Source of the DNA: Acytostelium subglobosum
Lineage: Eukaryota
Assembly: GCF_000787575.1 (NCBI RefSeq)
Contig: NW_012236509.1
Coordinates: 13,362 to 64,000, forward strand
DNA: 50,639 bases
Reading direction: 5' to 3'
The first letter of the stretch is position 1, and every line of letters starts with the position of its first letter. Of the stretch, positions 34,374 through 46,725 are shown piece by piece. Under the pieces are notes generated by a model. The model did no database searches. It saw nothing but the letters and a program-made list of their open reading frames with translations, and was not told the origin of the DNA. The position numbers and the translations under genes are program-made.

Positions 34374-36697
34374 CTATACGACATTTATTTGGTTGATGAC
34401 CGACTGGAAGTGATTGGTCAATGTGAGAACTGCTTCCGATCCAGCACTTACAGCAGGAGAGTTATTTGTTATTTGCTTGCTCATATATCCATTCATTCCT
34501 TTGTGCTTCTTCTTTGTTGATGTCAATGTCTTGTTTGACGAAGAAGAAGAAGAGGTGGAGAGTGCCAACGCTGATGATGCTGATATCTCCAATAGAGTGC
34601 TGCCAGAGACGGACATCTCCTCAACAAAGTAGCTCTGTATCAAATTTACAATGAAGCATCCTACCAGCTTCTCATCATTGATGGTCGACTTGGACTGGCC
34701 TTGGACCACCATCACCTGGTTCTGATTGACCTCGACCTCGATTGCAACCATGGCTCGAGACAGCTGTGCACTCTTGATCAGACTGAGCACGATGAGCGAT
34801 GAGGACAGTGAGCCAGCTGATATGTACTTGGCCCTGACTGGTAGACGCTGCTCGATGATGTCAATCACAGTGGACACTCGGAGGAACATGTCCAAGTGTC
34901 GAAGAATGGATGCTGTCTTTGAGATCAGATCGTCGTTGAAGGAGCTTGTGTGTTTCCTTCCAAATACAATCTTTGGATTGCGATTGTTGGGATTGAGCAG
35001 CAATTGTTTCTGTGATCGTCTAAGTTGAAGTGTTGACATCTTCTTCAGTGCCATCTTCACAACAAAGAGAAGTCGGTTGTTAACGTCATCGGGGTTAACA
35101 CCTGATGATGCTGCGGATGTCTGTCCATTATATACACATTTGCCACCCAGTTGTAGCTTATTGGATGGTGTTGTTGTTGTGGTTGGAGTTGCCTTGTCTG
35201 TATCCATTGATTCATCAGTATCATCATCTACACCACCAGCATCACTCCTTGATTCCATGCCAACATAAAGGTTCAATCCACCACAATCTATCCTAATCTC
35301 CTTCTCTGTCTGCATAACGATCTCTCCAGTTGTTCCCAGTGCAGCTTCCTTTGCCAACTATAGTGTGCCAGACAGGTGTGAGTATCTTGTTGTCAGGCCA
35401 ATGAATGGACTAGATACTTACGGCCTCGAACAGTTCAGAGTGGAATTGATACTTTTGCGCCTTGTTCAACAGGTTGGAACACTTGAGGAAGGATAGCTTG
35501 CGTGCCTCATCCACAGACAATGTGTCAATGCGCTGAAGCAGCTGTTCAAACTCACGGTATGACTTGCTGTGATCTGTCGCTGGCAATCGAACTATACTTT
35601 GACTAGAGTTGTTGGAGAATGTCTTTGAGTCTCTTGCTTTGACCTTGATATACAGTCGCTTGTTGATCGCAGACTGTGTCGACAGGTTTGGGAATGATAT
35701 ACTGATCTCTCCCTTAGCATTTCGTGATAGGTCTGCCTCGGTTTGTTCGACAAATGATCCAGCTGCATAGTCCAATGGTCATGCTAGTTAGTTAGTATAT
35801 GGTCAATGAATGAATGAATGGATGCACAAAACGTACATGTATATGATCCATAGTCAATGGATAGTCGCTTGCTGTTGCTCTTAATAGCGCCAAGTGGGGC
35901 CATCATTGAGCCAGCAGATTCCTTTCCTTTCAGTCTCCACTTTGATCGTAGTGTAGATACATCGCCCCACCATGATGATGCCGTGGCAACAGTTGATTTC
36001 ATCCTAGCTGCTCCTTGTGTAAGTCTATTGGCCATATCACTCAATGCCTATGTAGTCGATCAATGAAAGAATGAGTGAGCGAGCTCCAGACTGAATGAAC
36101 AACAACAAACATACCTTTTGCTTTAAAGAGACCTTTTGTACAGTCTCACATAGTTCACGATTCTCTGATGGAGGTGGCTTGTCAGTGCTGGCCAGTGTGA
36201 TGTGCTTCTCTGTTCTGATCATATCGATCAAGAAGATCATTTGTTCGAGTTCAATGCGAGCCAAGTTCATATGATCGGTGAACTCTGCCATTGGGTTGGC
36301 AGCAGCCTGTAGAGAGTCAGCCTCATCCTTTGACTCATCCTTATTCACTTTCTTCTTGTCGATCAGTGATTGAAGGTACTCCTGTTGTTTGATCTGGTTC
36401 AATACTTGAACGAAACGTCCCTCGCTGTTTGGTTGGCTGATAATGATATGATGATGATTGATGATTGATTGATGATGTGTTAGTTAGAGAAGAGTTACAT
36501 TACTACTGGAAGTATCAAAGGGTATAGACGTACACAGCATGGTATTCTAGACCTGACTGATCGACTTGAGAGATTGGAGGATTGTCTGGTGGTATTGAGA
36601 TGGTGATCTTAAAGTCGGCAAACGATGGTATCGATTGACCATTGATATTGTTTGATGATGATGATGATGATTCAATTGACTCCTCTTGTTCTGACAT
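34374..36697 (-). CDS. med17: Mediator complex subunit 17 (MED17/SRB4), at least 5 exons.
   Basis: The exon ORFs are 36697..36515, 36402..36037, 36044..35784, 35775..35410 and 35357..34374. The sequence ..[54 protein letters not shown] compares with human [52 protein letters not shown] (from memory). [10 protein letters not shown] compares with human YIKVSIQ. The exon junctions are not individually resolved. Confidence 0.65.
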
Positions 36698-36895
36698 CTG
36701 ATGAATATACGATCTATCACTTGGAGTACCAGCACAATGTAATAAGAATGAATGATGATCATCACAAGTACACCCCTAAAATAGGGTAAACTGGAAGTTT
36801 CCATCGAGTCGTTGTGTTTGACTAAAGAATCAAAGTGCCTTTCGAAACTTAATCATAAAGATATCTACATATATACATACTGATAAATAATAATA

Positions 36896-37070
36896 ATGAC
36901 AGACACTACGAATCAGTTAGGAGTTGAAGAGACTTCTACTGCTACATCATCAATCGATACATCAATTCAAAAGTTGGACATCAATGATCAACAACAAGAG
37001 ATAGACTTGAATGACAATATAAATACATCATCCTCAATAGATGGTCAACAACAACAAAATGTAGAGCATG

Positions 37071-37101
<31 letters not shown>

Positions 37102-37538
37102 GAGCAGTAATACTGTACCTATGCCTACAACAGCGTCTACAGTGGTGACCAATGAGATATCTAGTATCACCAATCAGAATGATATACACAATATATTGAA
37201 TACACAGACTGAAATGTATGGTAACATTGTCAATGACACAACTACAACTGATTCATTCCCATATGCTGACACTAACAATCACAACCACCACCTCACCATC
37301 AAATAGACTGGCCAAACAATACGAGACCAACACTGCACTGCAACACTTTAACGACTACTCGGCTCAGAAGTATGCCCAGGTGTCACACGACTTTGAGAAG
37401 CACACCAAGATGCTCAAAGAGATGAAGAGAGACCTGGAATACATATTTAAAAAGACAAGAACACTTCAATCTCTGTTGAATGACAAGTTTCCAAACATCA
37501 ATGTGGCACAGACTACTCACTTGGTAGAGGATGACTAA
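36896..37538 (+). CDS. KxDL-motif protein (KXD1/BORCS4-like subunit of BLOC-1-related complexes). 2 exons.
   Basis: Exon 1 is 36896..about 37218. It is N/Q/T-rich and ends ..NTQTEM. The intron runs GTATGG...CAAATAG. Exon 2 reads ILAKQYETNTALQHFNDYSAQKYAQVSHDFEKHTKMLKEMKRDLEYIFKKTRTLQSLL... It contains the defining KxDL motif (KRDLEYIF) in a coiled-coil context. Confidence 0.6.
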
Positions 37539-37851
37539 TGTATGTTCTTAGTTAGTCCCTGATTCAATAAACACCAATGTGTCATAACATGTACTATTAA
37601 CTTTAAATCCTTGGTTGGATAATTGATTACATTGATACAGCTAGTAAAGTCAAGACACAAAGACATATATATTTATATTATATTGGTACCATAATAACCT
37701 TAGTCAATTAGGGTTTATTAGTGTGTTGCTATGATAACAAAGACTGAGTACTGCACTACCTCTCTAGAGAAGGAGAGAGTGAGTAGACCAGACTTGAGGA
37801 TTGGATGTAATTAGACAACAGTTGTTTGAAGAGAGCAGTATACCGACCTGT

Positions 37852-38190
37852 TTAGAACTTGAATCCCTTCTTGAACTTCTTGAATCCCTTCTTGAATCCC
37901 TTGTATCCGTGTCTCTTGTATCCCTTGAACTTGTGCTTCTTGTGGTGGCCATGTCCATAGTAGGCTCCCTGTGGGTAGGCACGACCTGGTGGGTAGGCTC
38001 CTGGTGGGTAGCCAACTGGAGCGTGGTGTCCTGGTGGGTAGGCTCCTGGAGGATATCCAGCCTGGGGTGGGTAGGCTCCTGGTGGGTAGCCAGCTTGGGG
38101 TGGGTAGGCGCCACCTGGAGGTGGGTAAGCTCCTGGTGGGTAACCTCCTTGTGGTGGGTAATAACCTCCTGGGGGTGGGTATCCGCTCAT
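37852..38190 (-). CDS. Gly/Tyr/Pro-repeat protein (GYPPx)n with a strongly basic Lys/His-rich C-terminal tail. 112 aa.
   Basis: The protein reads MSGYPPPGGYYPPQGGYPPGAYPPPGGAYPPQAGYPPGAYPPQAGYPPGAYPPGHHAPVGYPPGAYPPG...HGHHKKHKFKGYKRHGYKGFKKGFKKFKKGFKF. The overlapping ORFs 37764-38207 on both strands are other frames of the same repeat. Confidence 0.5.
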   Translation of the reverse strand: MSGYPPPGGYYPPQGGYPPGAYPPPGGAYPPQAGYPPGAYPPQAGYPPGAYPPGHHAPVGYPPGAYPPGRAYPQGAYYGHGHHKKHKFKGYKRHGYKGFKKGFKKFKKGFKF

Positions 38191-38975
38191 TGTTTGTGAT
38201 TATCTAATTGATTGGAAAGGTAAATCAAATTGTATGTTAGCATTTGTATCTTTTGTTGTTGACATTATGGTGATGATGGTTTGACATGAAGTGACATGAA
38301 GTGACATAAAGTGACATGATCAACAGATCATAAGAAGTAGAGAGAGAATGACTTGTTCAATGTGTGCTTGATATCAAGCCTCCTCATCCTCCTGTTGTAT
38401 GATGGTGAACATATTTAGTCATGATGAAGTGATTATCTCTACCTACATAAATATATATATTAAATTAAAATTGAAGTGATGTTGACAAGTTGAGTTGGGC
38501 TTGATGATATTGCAGTGGGTGAGGTGGTGGTTGTGTTGATGGTGACAAGCATGATAATGATCTATTCATGTATCTTTACATTATTTATTTAATTATAATT
38601 TAATTTATCTCTCAAAAATAACCATATTTATTTGATTTTTAATGTTGGTGTTTGTGTGATGTTGACACAAAAGCAAAGGGGTGTTTGTGTTCTTTGACCT
38701 CAAAGGTCCAAGTATCCACTCACACACACACACAATTCACTGAATAATGTGGATGATGACACAAAAGAGAGATACTTTTTATCAGTTTCATTTGCAAATT
38801 GAGGGGGATACTGAACTTATCATTCAACCTTGCTTTGGTTGGACGTCCGATTCTAGAACTAAACATAATTATATTGTTGACCTATCTTCATCTTCAACAA
38901 CAACAACAACATTGAGATTCGTTGAAACTTTATATATTTTATTATTAATATTTGTTATAACAATACAATACCAAT

Positions 38976-41612
38976 ATGAGGAAGAAACAACAAACAACAA
39001 CAAAGTCAAAAGATAAATCATCATCAACTGTGACTGCAACAACAATATCAACAGAACCAGTGAATCAATATGACAACAAGACAAATGAATGTAGGATTGC
39101 TGGACTGGGCCTGTTCAATGTGTTGGAGGATGACTTTTTGCTAGAGGCCGTCTTTCAGATGTTGAGCGTCAATGACCTGCTCACCTTGCAAGCCATCAGC
39201 AAAGCATTCTACATCCTGCTCAATGATGATCGTCTCTGGATGGATGTCTTTATCGACGAGATCAAGGACAGTAAACAACCACTGGTGTACATTGGTGGCT
39301 CGTGGAAGACCACGGCAATGATCCATCTCTATGCCAATGGCCGTGACCCAAGCACTCTGCGCAGGTCCTTCATCCATTGTCCAGAGTTCCAATCGATACA
39401 GATCTACACAAGATGGCTTCGCAGACACATGGACGTCAAGGACTACTTTGTCGATTCAAAGTTGGTTGAGCGCAGACGCACCGACGAGATGACCTACCAA
39501 GAGTTTGTCGACAGATATGAGCAGCCCTCCATACCAGTGCTGCTCACACACGGACAGACCGAGTGGTCGGCCAACACAAACTGGGCCAAAGACAAGCTGG
39601 TGGAGACCTATGGCGACATCACCTTCAAGATCAGTCACAATGATCACAAGAACATTCCAATGAAGCTCAAAGACTACGCCAACTACATGTCCACACAGCT
39701 GGACGAGGAGCCACTCTACGTGTTTGATCAGTCTTTTGGCGAGAAGGCACCAAACATGCTCAAAGACTACGCCGTTCACGACAAGTTCTTCCCCGAGGAC
39801 CTCTTCCAGTATCAAGGCGAGAAACGACCTCACTACAGATGGATCGTGATTGGTCCTCCTCGCTCGGGAGCACCATGGCACATCGATCCAGCTGGCACAA
39901 GTGCATGGAACAGTCTGGTCTCTGGCCGCAAGCGATGGTTGATGTATCCACCCTCCATCAATCCAATAGGAGTGGAGCTAGAGGACATTGTTGAGAAGTT
40001 CTATGGCTCACCAGGCTCATTGCTCTGGCTGCTCGAGGTGTATCCCTACCTGCCACCAGACCAACGTCCAATTGAATGCATACAGAACCCAGGCGAGACA
40101 ATCTTTGTTCCAGGTGGATGGTGGCACATGGTACTCAACCTCGAGGAGTCCATTGCAGTCACCCAGAACTTCTGTGACTCTCAGAACTTTGACCGTGTTT
40201 GTACAGACTTAGCGTATGTATATTCAATCATTCAATCAATCAATCGATCGATCAATCAATACTAACATTGTCATGGTATTCGTATAAATAGACACGGAAG
40301 AGAATCTGATTATCATAGCTTTAAGGAGGCATTGTTAAAGGAGAAGCCAGAGTATGAACCCAAGTTTAAAGCATTCGAGCTGGCTGACTCGCAGTTGAAG
40401 GTCAAGTTCACTGATGATACACACTGGAATCCGATGGTGAAGCGTGTGATTGGACATCACATCCCAGAACTGAATGAGAGTGAGATGGTCATAACGACAA
40501 GTGAGACAGGTCAGTCGCCTGTGTTCATTGTCAACTCCAAGTATGTGATCAAGTTCTTCAGTTCAAAGTATGGCGGAGAGAAGTGTTTCAAGCATGAGGT
40601 CTACATGTATGAGCAGATCAAGACGCACAAGCAGTTGTCTCCTTTGTTCCCAGAGGTGTTGGCACATGGACACCTCACACATTTGACCCAGTCTCCAGAC
40701 AAGGCCGATGGAGATAACGTTTGGCCTTGGCCATACATGATCACGAGCTTCATTGATGCCACCAGTTTGATCGATGTCCAAGAGGTACCAGATTCACTAC
40801 CATTCCCCTATCCACCAAAGGAAGGGGAGGAGGAGGATGATGGCGAGCTCACTATCATCGATGATAGTGTACTTATTCCATTGTTGGTTAACACCGCGTC
40901 CAACATTCACACTCTAAGCATACCGAAAGAGAACAATCCGTTCCTTACCGATCTGAATGACCCATGGCTGCACTGGAGGAACCATATCACCACCGAGTTG
41001 GTCGGCAAGTTCAAGGAGAACCAGTGGAACTGGGGTGGTCTGCCCAATCAACTTCTGAGCCAGATGGAATCCTATCTTCCACAGGACATCAATGGATACA
41101 TTGACACTACCCTGCCTCCATGCTTCATTCACGGTGATCTGACCGATGAGAATATCTTGGGCGATGTAATCATAGAGGAGAAGCAGAAGAAGAAGAAACA
41201 AAACAAGGTAAACCATCAGAAAAAGACAAAGAAAGGTGCCGTGCCAAGTGATGAAGAGGACGAAGATGATGACAACGAGATCGATGTTTGGAGAGCAAGC
41301 AAGTTCATTGATCTTGGTGATGCCAACTATGGTGACCGTTACTACGAACTGGTATCACTGCATTTATCGATCTTTGCCGGCAACAAGAGGAAGCTCAGGT
41401 CATTCCTAAATAGCTACCGTCTGCCCAACAATCAGACATGGCTAGAGGTTTACAAATCAAACCCCCAACGATTCATTTACCGATGCACCTGCTACACTTT
41501 GGTTCACCATTGCAATGCACTGTCAACCATCGTCTGTTGGAGGCCTGCTTTACTGGATGTCACCACCATCGAGGAGCTGGGACGTCAACTATACGACCTT
41601 GATCTCGAATAA
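38976..41612 (+). CDS. Tri-domain protein: F-box, a JmjC (cupin) 2-oxoglutarate oxygenase, and a C-terminal aminoglycoside-phosphotransferase/choline-kinase-like (APH) kinase fold. 2 exons, about 852 aa.
   Basis: Exon 1 is 38976..40213. An F-box reads GLFNVLEDDFLLEAVFQMLSVNDLLTLQAISKAFYILLNDDRLW. JmjC marks are HIDPAGTSAWNSLVSGRKRW and TIFVPGGWWHMVLNL. The intron 40214..40291 has a GTATGT donor, a TACTAAC branch and an ATAG acceptor, and the phases are verified. Exon 2 is 40292..41612. It carries the APH/eukaryotic-like-kinase catalytic motif CFIHGDLTDENIL and a metal-binding IDLGDANYGDRYYEL. Confidence 0.7.
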
Positions 41613-42450
41613 AGTACTGTCAATGCTATGTCCTCCGCTCGCCCATCACGTCCGTCCTCCAATCATCTCGTCCAACCCGCCGCTGTCCACCCATCACCTC
41701 GGACGTATTAGAGATGTGCTTTTATCAAACAGTTTCAATGTTCGTTCGCACTTTAAAAGACACAGAGGCGCGTGCAGATGTTGGGGCGACACACGAGATT
41801 GATGGTTTTGTTAGCATCAAAGGCCCACACTCCAATCAGTATCTAAATCACAAAGGTGAGCTCCCTATGGGCGTAGGCCATATTTTGTCTCTTTTTCAAA
41901 CAAGTTGATGTGCCATCCAATCGAGTGGCCTGAAAGGGCAAAATCGCCTCACAATTCAACATAAAAATGAGCTCAATGAGTCGTTTTATCCGAGTCAAGT
42001 GGCTGAGTGTGTGTGGTGTTGGTGGATGGTTGTCAGCTGCATAAACAAATCTCGGGATGGGGTGGAGCGCTTCAATCATCTTGCCAACAGTTGAGTGGTT
42101 GTATTGTTGTTGTCAATGTAAATAGGTGTGTTGAATGAATGTGTGCGTGCCTGTACGATATGACCCTGCCTTTGATCCTCCATCCAACCATAGCTCATGG
42201 TATTGTCTTTGAGGTCTTCTGATGTTGTCCAGTCCACCTTGATCATTCCTATTAGCGCCCTCTGTTTGACCTACATCTCCCCAATCACATACATAGATCT
42301 ATTTATCTATCTATTATTGTTTATTATTAACTTATATACAACGCACTCAATATATAATATATACATTTTGTAATATATATATATCTTTAGACGACGTCAA
42401 TCAAATATATATATAATATATCAACTCAACTCAAAATACAAATATAGACA

Positions 42451-43548
42451 ATGTACAAATATAACAACAACAATATATTGATGCTGATTTCAGCATTTGT
42501 AGTGGTGCAATGTATTATAATGGCCAATGCATCAAGTAGCCACTCACCAATAATCGAGCTTCCTATTCGCCTGTCACAACAGTTGTCACCACTGGAATGC
42601 TTCAAACGCACGACCACCACCATTAGAGTACTCAACCACTCACTATATACTTCACTTCAGCTGCTGAGTGCCAATGGAGAGCAGCACTACACCATCGGTG
42701 ACGATGGAGTGTTTGGCGACATCCCCATTGCAAGCCACTACACCCTCCTCTACACTGACAACCAAGACCAGACACAACACTCCATGCTGGTCACCCTGTA
42801 CAAAGAAAGCCGTACACATCAACAGATTATAAAGTCACTGGTGCGTGTTGCTCAGTCCACAATTCTGCAGCAGCCATCATCCGAGTTCTCTAATGACGGT
42901 CGTGTCCAGCTCGAGTTGGACGGCCCTCTTGGCGCACAGTCTGTGCTCGCACACTTTGCCTTCAACCAACTGGTCTCTGTCTCTTACCAGGGTGCTGGCT
43001 GTGGACTCGTCGACATTGAATGGACAGCACCAAAGTCCAGCGCAACCAACAAATACCAAACAAAGAAGCTGCTGTCCATTGAGGCCGCATCGTTGGACGC
43101 CCAACTTAGCTCGACCGCCTGTGAGACACTCCAAGTGAACTTTGAGGCATCGACTTCATACGTCATCTCACTCAGTCAGGTGGACGACACCACCAACTAC
43201 TCCAACATCATCACCAAGAATGTTGCCATCGGACATGTCGCTGCCAAGTTCACCAACCTCTACGGCAGATTCAACGTGACGATCCGCGAGCAAGCCACCT
43301 CTGCCATGGCGTACACTGGCATGACCACAGTGGCCCAGTGCGAGCACAACCAACAGAAGCCACCCACCACCACACAGATCATCATCATCATCTGTCTGGT
43401 CGGAGGTCTAGTGTTTGGCAGTTTGATTGGTCTGGCCATCTTCAACAAGTATTTCTACCACGAGAAGCCATCTACCTACCAGCGCAACACTCCACCCGCC
43501 TCGCAGAACTCCAACAAGAACTCGGCCTTTAATTCAAATATTTATTAA
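42451..43548 (+). CDS. Type I membrane glycoprotein with a signal peptide, a large extracellular domain with N-glycosylation sequons, and one C-terminal TM segment. Family unknown.
   Basis: The signal peptide reads MYKYNNNNILMLISAFVVVQCIIMANA. The TM segment is IIIIICLVGGLVFGSLIGLAIF, followed by a short cytoplasmic tail. Several NxS/T sites are present. It is a single exon. Confidence 0.55.
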   Translation: MYKYNNNNILMLISAFVVVQCIIMANASSSHSPIIELPIRLSQQLSPLECFKRTTTTIRVLNHSLYTSLQLLSANGEQHYTIGDDGVFGDIPIASHYTLLYTDNQDQTQHSMLVTLYKESRTHQQIIKSLVRVAQSTILQQPSSEFSNDGRVQLELDGPLGAQSVLAHFAFNQLVSVSYQGAGCGLVDIEWTAPKSSATNKYQTKKLLSIEAASLDAQLSSTACETLQVNFEASTSYVISLSQVDDTTNYSNIITKNVAIGHVAAKFTNLYGRFNVTIREQATSAMAYTGMTTVAQCEHNQQKPPTTTQIIIIICLVGGLVFGSLIGLAIFNKYFYHEKPSTYQRNTPPASQNSNKNSAFNSNIY

Positions 43549-43841
43549 GTTAGTAATAATAAATACACATAATACGCTCTATAGTATATTTATATATCGA
43601 ACATATGTCCATTCAAAGGTGTAATAATACTTAAGTGCACTGCATACATGTAGGGTATATTTAGAGGGTTTGGCAGCCTGTTTGGATGGACTTCTTTCGT
43701 CCTTATCCATTGGTAGTTGTCAGGCTGCCCGCTGTGGAATGCTAGATATTTATTCATTCAGTAGGCTAATGTACTGCTTCTGCTGTCTGTTGTTGTTGAT
43801 TGCTCCTGTCTTGAGATCGCACCAAACCTTTGGTTTGGACT

Positions 43842-45641
43842 TTAGGCACTCATCTGTGCCTCCTCATCGGCTGGTGCAGTTTGAGGTGGTGTTGGTGGTA
43901 GAGTCGATGAAAGAGCATCGGTGCTCACCTCCTCGTTCGTAGTGGTGGCGGCAGTAGTAGACTCATTTGGTGGTGTTGTCGTTGACATGCTCTCATCCCT
44001 ATCTGAATGAACAAACTTACAATTTGGATTGGTACACTCCTTTCCAAACTGATTGATTGATTGATTGATTGATTGATTATTGTTAGGATCATTCTGTTTC
44101 TGTCCTCATTTCCATCACTAATCAAATACTTACTCTGCATTCAACAGTTATTGGTGTGGCCTCTGCGCCAGTGTGATGGGCAAACTTGCATGCAGGAGTG
44201 GCACAACTTGCACCATACATGCATGGCTTACCATGTCCAAATGGACATTTGACACCATACATACAACCCTCTCCATATTTACAAGCGACCTAGTATAGTA
44301 GTAATAGAGGTAGTTGTTAGGATGAGATTGTGTGATGATAAAGATGATATTGTGTAATACTTACTGGTGGATGTTGGAATGAACAATGCTTCTTGTTGGG
44401 ACAAGCGAAACCATTGCGACATGGCGTTCCATATTCACCACCGTATGGTGATGACATCATCATTGATCGTTGTGGATGATTGAAGGCACAACTCATATTT
44501 GTACAGCCTGCTCCATACTTGCATGGAATTGAGGGATGGATATATAAACACTTCTCACCATATGGACACTTGGGGAATAAGCTTAATGGATGGACATGAG
44601 GTTGTGGTCAATATTTGATGTATGCGACGTTGAATCGTTAACTACATACTTGCACTGAATGGTGGGATGATAGAATGGACAGGTTGTGCCATTCTTGCAC
44701 AGTGGCCAGAACTGGCACTTGGTCTTTGTGTCGGTTCTCTTGTTGTTGCGCGCGTTGTTGTGGTTGTTCTCGTCCTCATCGACTTGAACTGCAGTGTCGA
44801 CCTCTGCCTGATCAGCTGACTCTTCCATCTCGCCCGAGGCATTGATCTTCCTTTTGCGATCAGTCGTGCTGAATGTCACCTTGAACGATGACAGGTCTGA
44901 ATTGTTGTTGTATCTGTTGTTGTTGCCTCCACGCTCGCCACCTCTGTCGCTGCCTCTCTCACCGCTCTCACGGTCGTTATGTCGTGACGATCGCTGCTTG
45001 TTTTGATGTCTGTCGCGATCCCTCCTCCTGTCATTGCCCCTACTACTGCTGCTGTGGTTGTGATGGCCACTGGCATTGTGTGAGTCGTCGTCAAAGTCTG
45101 ACATTGATGTGTTGTGCTGATGCAATGCGCTCTTGGTGTCCTCGGTGGCCTGTCTCACAGCATTGACAAAGAGCTTTGATGATGGCTTTGACGGCAGATC
45201 CTGTTTCCTATCGTTTGGAGTTGGGGCACTGTTGCTACCTCCATTTCCATCACTCATTGCCGATAACGATGATGATGTCGATGATGCTAGTGCTGCTTGT
45301 TGCTGTTGCTGTTCAAAGTAGGATCTAATGAAATTCCATAACCAATTGACAAATGGTTCAGAGTCACCATCAATAAAGTCTGCCAACTCTGCAATGATCT
45401 CTTTCTTTGACTTGTTGTTCCTGACCATTACAATGATGTACTCCTACATTATATGTGTTTGTTAGTTTAAAACTTGTTGTAATATGATTATTATCGCCAC
45501 CTACACTACTCCTACTACTACATCCTTCATTAAAGTACATACAGAGAGGACATCATCACAACCGATATAATTCTTTATCTCCCCCATGATGAAGTTGATA
45601 TTCTCAGGGGTATAGTTGAATGCACCTAATGTTTCAGCCAT
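43842..45641 (-). CDS. Nab2/ZC3H14-type polyadenosine-RNA-binding protein with an N-terminal PWI-like domain and tandem C-x5-C-x4-6-C-x3-H zinc fingers. About 6 exons.
   Basis: Exon 1 is 45641..about 45552 (MAETLGAFNYTPENINFIMGEIKNYIGCDDVLS). The intron runs GTATGT..CTAAC..TGTAG. Exon 2 reads EYIIVMVRNNKSKKEIIAELADFIDGDSEPFVNWLWNFIRSYF... It has an R/D/S-rich middle. Fingers include CQFWPLCKNGTTCPFYH, CKYGAGCTNMSCAFNH and CRNGFACPNKKHCSFQH, then further fingers across GTAAGT introns (..CKYGEGCMYGVKCPFGH..CMYGASCATPACKFAH..). The last exon ends ..EEAQMSA, with the stop at 43842. A (GATTGATT)n repeat lies in the last intron. Confidence 0.75.
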
Positions 45642-45882
45642 TCTTTATCTGTCTATGTTCTATTCTATCTTTAATATATAAATAACACTATTAATAATCT
45701 TATCACTTCAACTGAAACCTAAAGTTCAACAACTTGAACAGAGCATTGGTGTTTGAAAAAAAAAAGAAACAAACGAAGTTCCCTTCGAGTGTTGATCAAT
45801 GAGCTAGTCAGTTTACCCAATTACTTGACTCATACATCATATATTTATATAATTATAACAATAACAATAACAAGAATAAGAA

Positions 45883-46384
45883 ATGACAGAGACCAACTAT
45901 ACAATGGAGCAGATTGCTAATCAGTCATCTATCGAGAAGGTTGTCATCCCACCATTCCCCGTGATCGACAGAGACCCTTCACACTCGCTCACAACGAGCA
46001 GCTTCAGAGCCTCAGACTATCTCAGAGCTATCACTATCCCAACTGCACTGACCACCGCTTACTACTTTGCTACATGTATGGACTGCTGTTCTGTTCATGA
46101 ACATCATCACTCATTCAAATCAGTTCATTGATTGATTGATTGATGTGAAGAATGAATGAATGAATGAACGAATGACGATACATACTAACACAACAACACG
46201 ACCATTATAAACAACAGACCGTCACAAGCCAACTACAGCAGTGTGGGCAGCAATCGCCTTCCCACTTTCATACCTGAGCCAATACGATATTGTACAACAG
46301 AGACTCAGAGGATACAGAATGAACAAGGTCGAGTGCGCAAAGCACAACATCGAGTACAAGTACACTGTGGACTTGCATCATTAG
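45883..46384 (+). CDS. Small hypothetical protein of about 120 aa in 2 exons. It may be a small mitochondrial/membrane subunit, but no family is assigned.
   Basis: Exon 1 reads MTETNYTMEQIANQSSIEKVVIPPFPVIDRDPSHSLTTSSFRASDYLRAITIPTALTTAYYFAT. The intron has a GTATGG donor, passes through a (GAATGAAT/GATTGATT)n run, and has a TACTAAC branch and an AACAG acceptor. Exon 2 reads YRHKPTTAVWAAIAFPLSYLSQYDIVQQRLRGYRMNKVECAKHNIEYKYTVDLHH. The splice choice is unverified. Confidence 0.35.
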
Positions 46385-46725
46385 GACATCATTGATTGAA
46401 TCAATGGCAATCGACACACACCTTGCGATACATATATATACATGGTCTCATTCATTCATTGGTTGGCGATCATTCATCATACACGACTAGACACGACTAT
46501 AATGTATGATGGTACCATTTCAAACCTATATATCTATATCTAGAGAGAAAGAGAGTGCCTCTGTTATTACTAAATAAATATATATATACATACTACTACT
46601 ACATCCATGCCCAAGGGCTTGACCTTAACCCTTGCCCTTACCCTACCCTCGCCCTTGGTCCCTCAAATCAAACAACTAGAAACACAATCATACGAGTCAT
46701 TATGTGATCACATAAATATATTACA

